A DNA stretch of 14,951 bases from Candidatus Rokuibacteriota bacterium (GTDB lineage: Bacteria; Methylomirabilota; Methylomirabilia; Rokubacteriales; CSP1-6), in NCBI GenBank assembly GCA_016184305.1, contig JACPCX010000046.1:1-14951 (forward strand). The letters are read 5' to 3'. Below the pieces are notes generated by a model, which saw nothing but the letters and a program-made list of their open reading frames with translations, made no database searches and was not told where the DNA came from. A program made the position numbers and the translations under genes. Shown here in pieces: positions 14,195-14,951 of this stretch (position 1 is the first letter of the stretch; every line of letters begins with the position of its first letter).

Positions 14195-14951
14195 CCAACC
14201 GCTGGGCGATCCTGGCGCTCATCATGGGCGCCCAGACCATGGCCAACGTGGGCCCCCTCGGGATCCCGGCCATCGCCCCGCTGATCCGCGACAGCCTGGG
14301 GTTGTCCATGACGCAAGCGGGCTCCTTCCTCTCGGCCTACTACGTCGGTGCCGCCCTCATGTCCCTGCCTGCGGGCTGGATGGCGGATCGCTGGGGCGTG
14401 GCTTCGACCATGGTGGCGGGACAGGCCGTGATCGCGCTGGGGCTCTTCGCCGCCTCCGGGTCGGGCGCCTTCGCAATGCTCATCGCCATCATGATCCTGG
14501 CCGGCACCGGCTACGGCATGCTCAACCCGACCACCGCGAAGGCCGTCATCTCGTGGTTCCCGCGCCGCCAGCGCGCCACCGTGGTGGGGCTCAAGCAGGT
14601 GGGGCTCTCGGCGGCGCGGTGGGCGCCCTCCTGATGCCACCGCTGGCGCTCTGGCTGGGCTGGCGGGTTGCCGTGGCGCTGTCGGCCGGGCTGATCGGGC
14701 TCCTGGCGGGGCTCACGTGGCTCTTCTACCGCGACCCGCCTCGCAGTGAGGTGGAAGCCCCGGCGCCGCGGGAGGGCTCGATGCGCGCCGTCCTGAGGAA
14801 CCGCGACCTGTGGCTCGTGTCCACCACCACTCTCGTCTTCGCGGGCATGCAGACCGTGTGGATGGCCTTCCTCGTGCTCTATCTTCAGGAGACCGTCCGC
14901 GTGCCGCTCGTGACCGCGGCGGGCTACCTCGTCATGGCGCAGGTGACGGGG
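14191..14951 (+). pseudogene. MFS transporter with a frameshift at ~14607; 3' end outside window
   Basis: GTG 14191: MTNRWAILALI...GWMADRWG (motif A)...WFPRRQRATVVGLKQVGL, then a premature TGA at 14632-14634. The other frame continues GGAVGALLMPPLALWLGWRVAV...LRNRDLWLV...FLVLYLQE to the window end. Confidence 0.82.

Overview
GC-rich bacterial DNA. Gene style and the short repeat families suggest Candidatus Rokubacteria/Methylomirabilota or similar (inference only). Most of the window (1-10786, minus strand) is one catabolic/transport cluster: Tat-exported Liv-type ABC binding protein, two permeases, two ATPases, a DUF169 protein, an enamidase-like amidohydrolase, a DUF1185/AA_synth protein and a luciferase-like (LLM) oxidoreductase. 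This looks like a nicotinate/N-heterocycle uptake and degradation locus. Two accessory segments interrupt it. The first is a ~1.5 kb insert (6111-7624) between livM and livG, bounded by a 71/80-bp imperfect direct repeat of the livM-end/livG-start junction. It carries a clear but broken SeqA homologue with its own promoter and palindromic operator, an AT-rich 31-codon ORF, a 59-bp attC-like site and a RelE-type toxin-antitoxin pair. The second is a tandem-repeat helical protein (3664-4431). The right end holds a deleted membrane-protein pseudogene, a REP/MITE-like inverted repeat, a SAM methyltransferase and a divergent LLM-kdsB-MFS operon. At least five genes appear to carry multi-base deletions.
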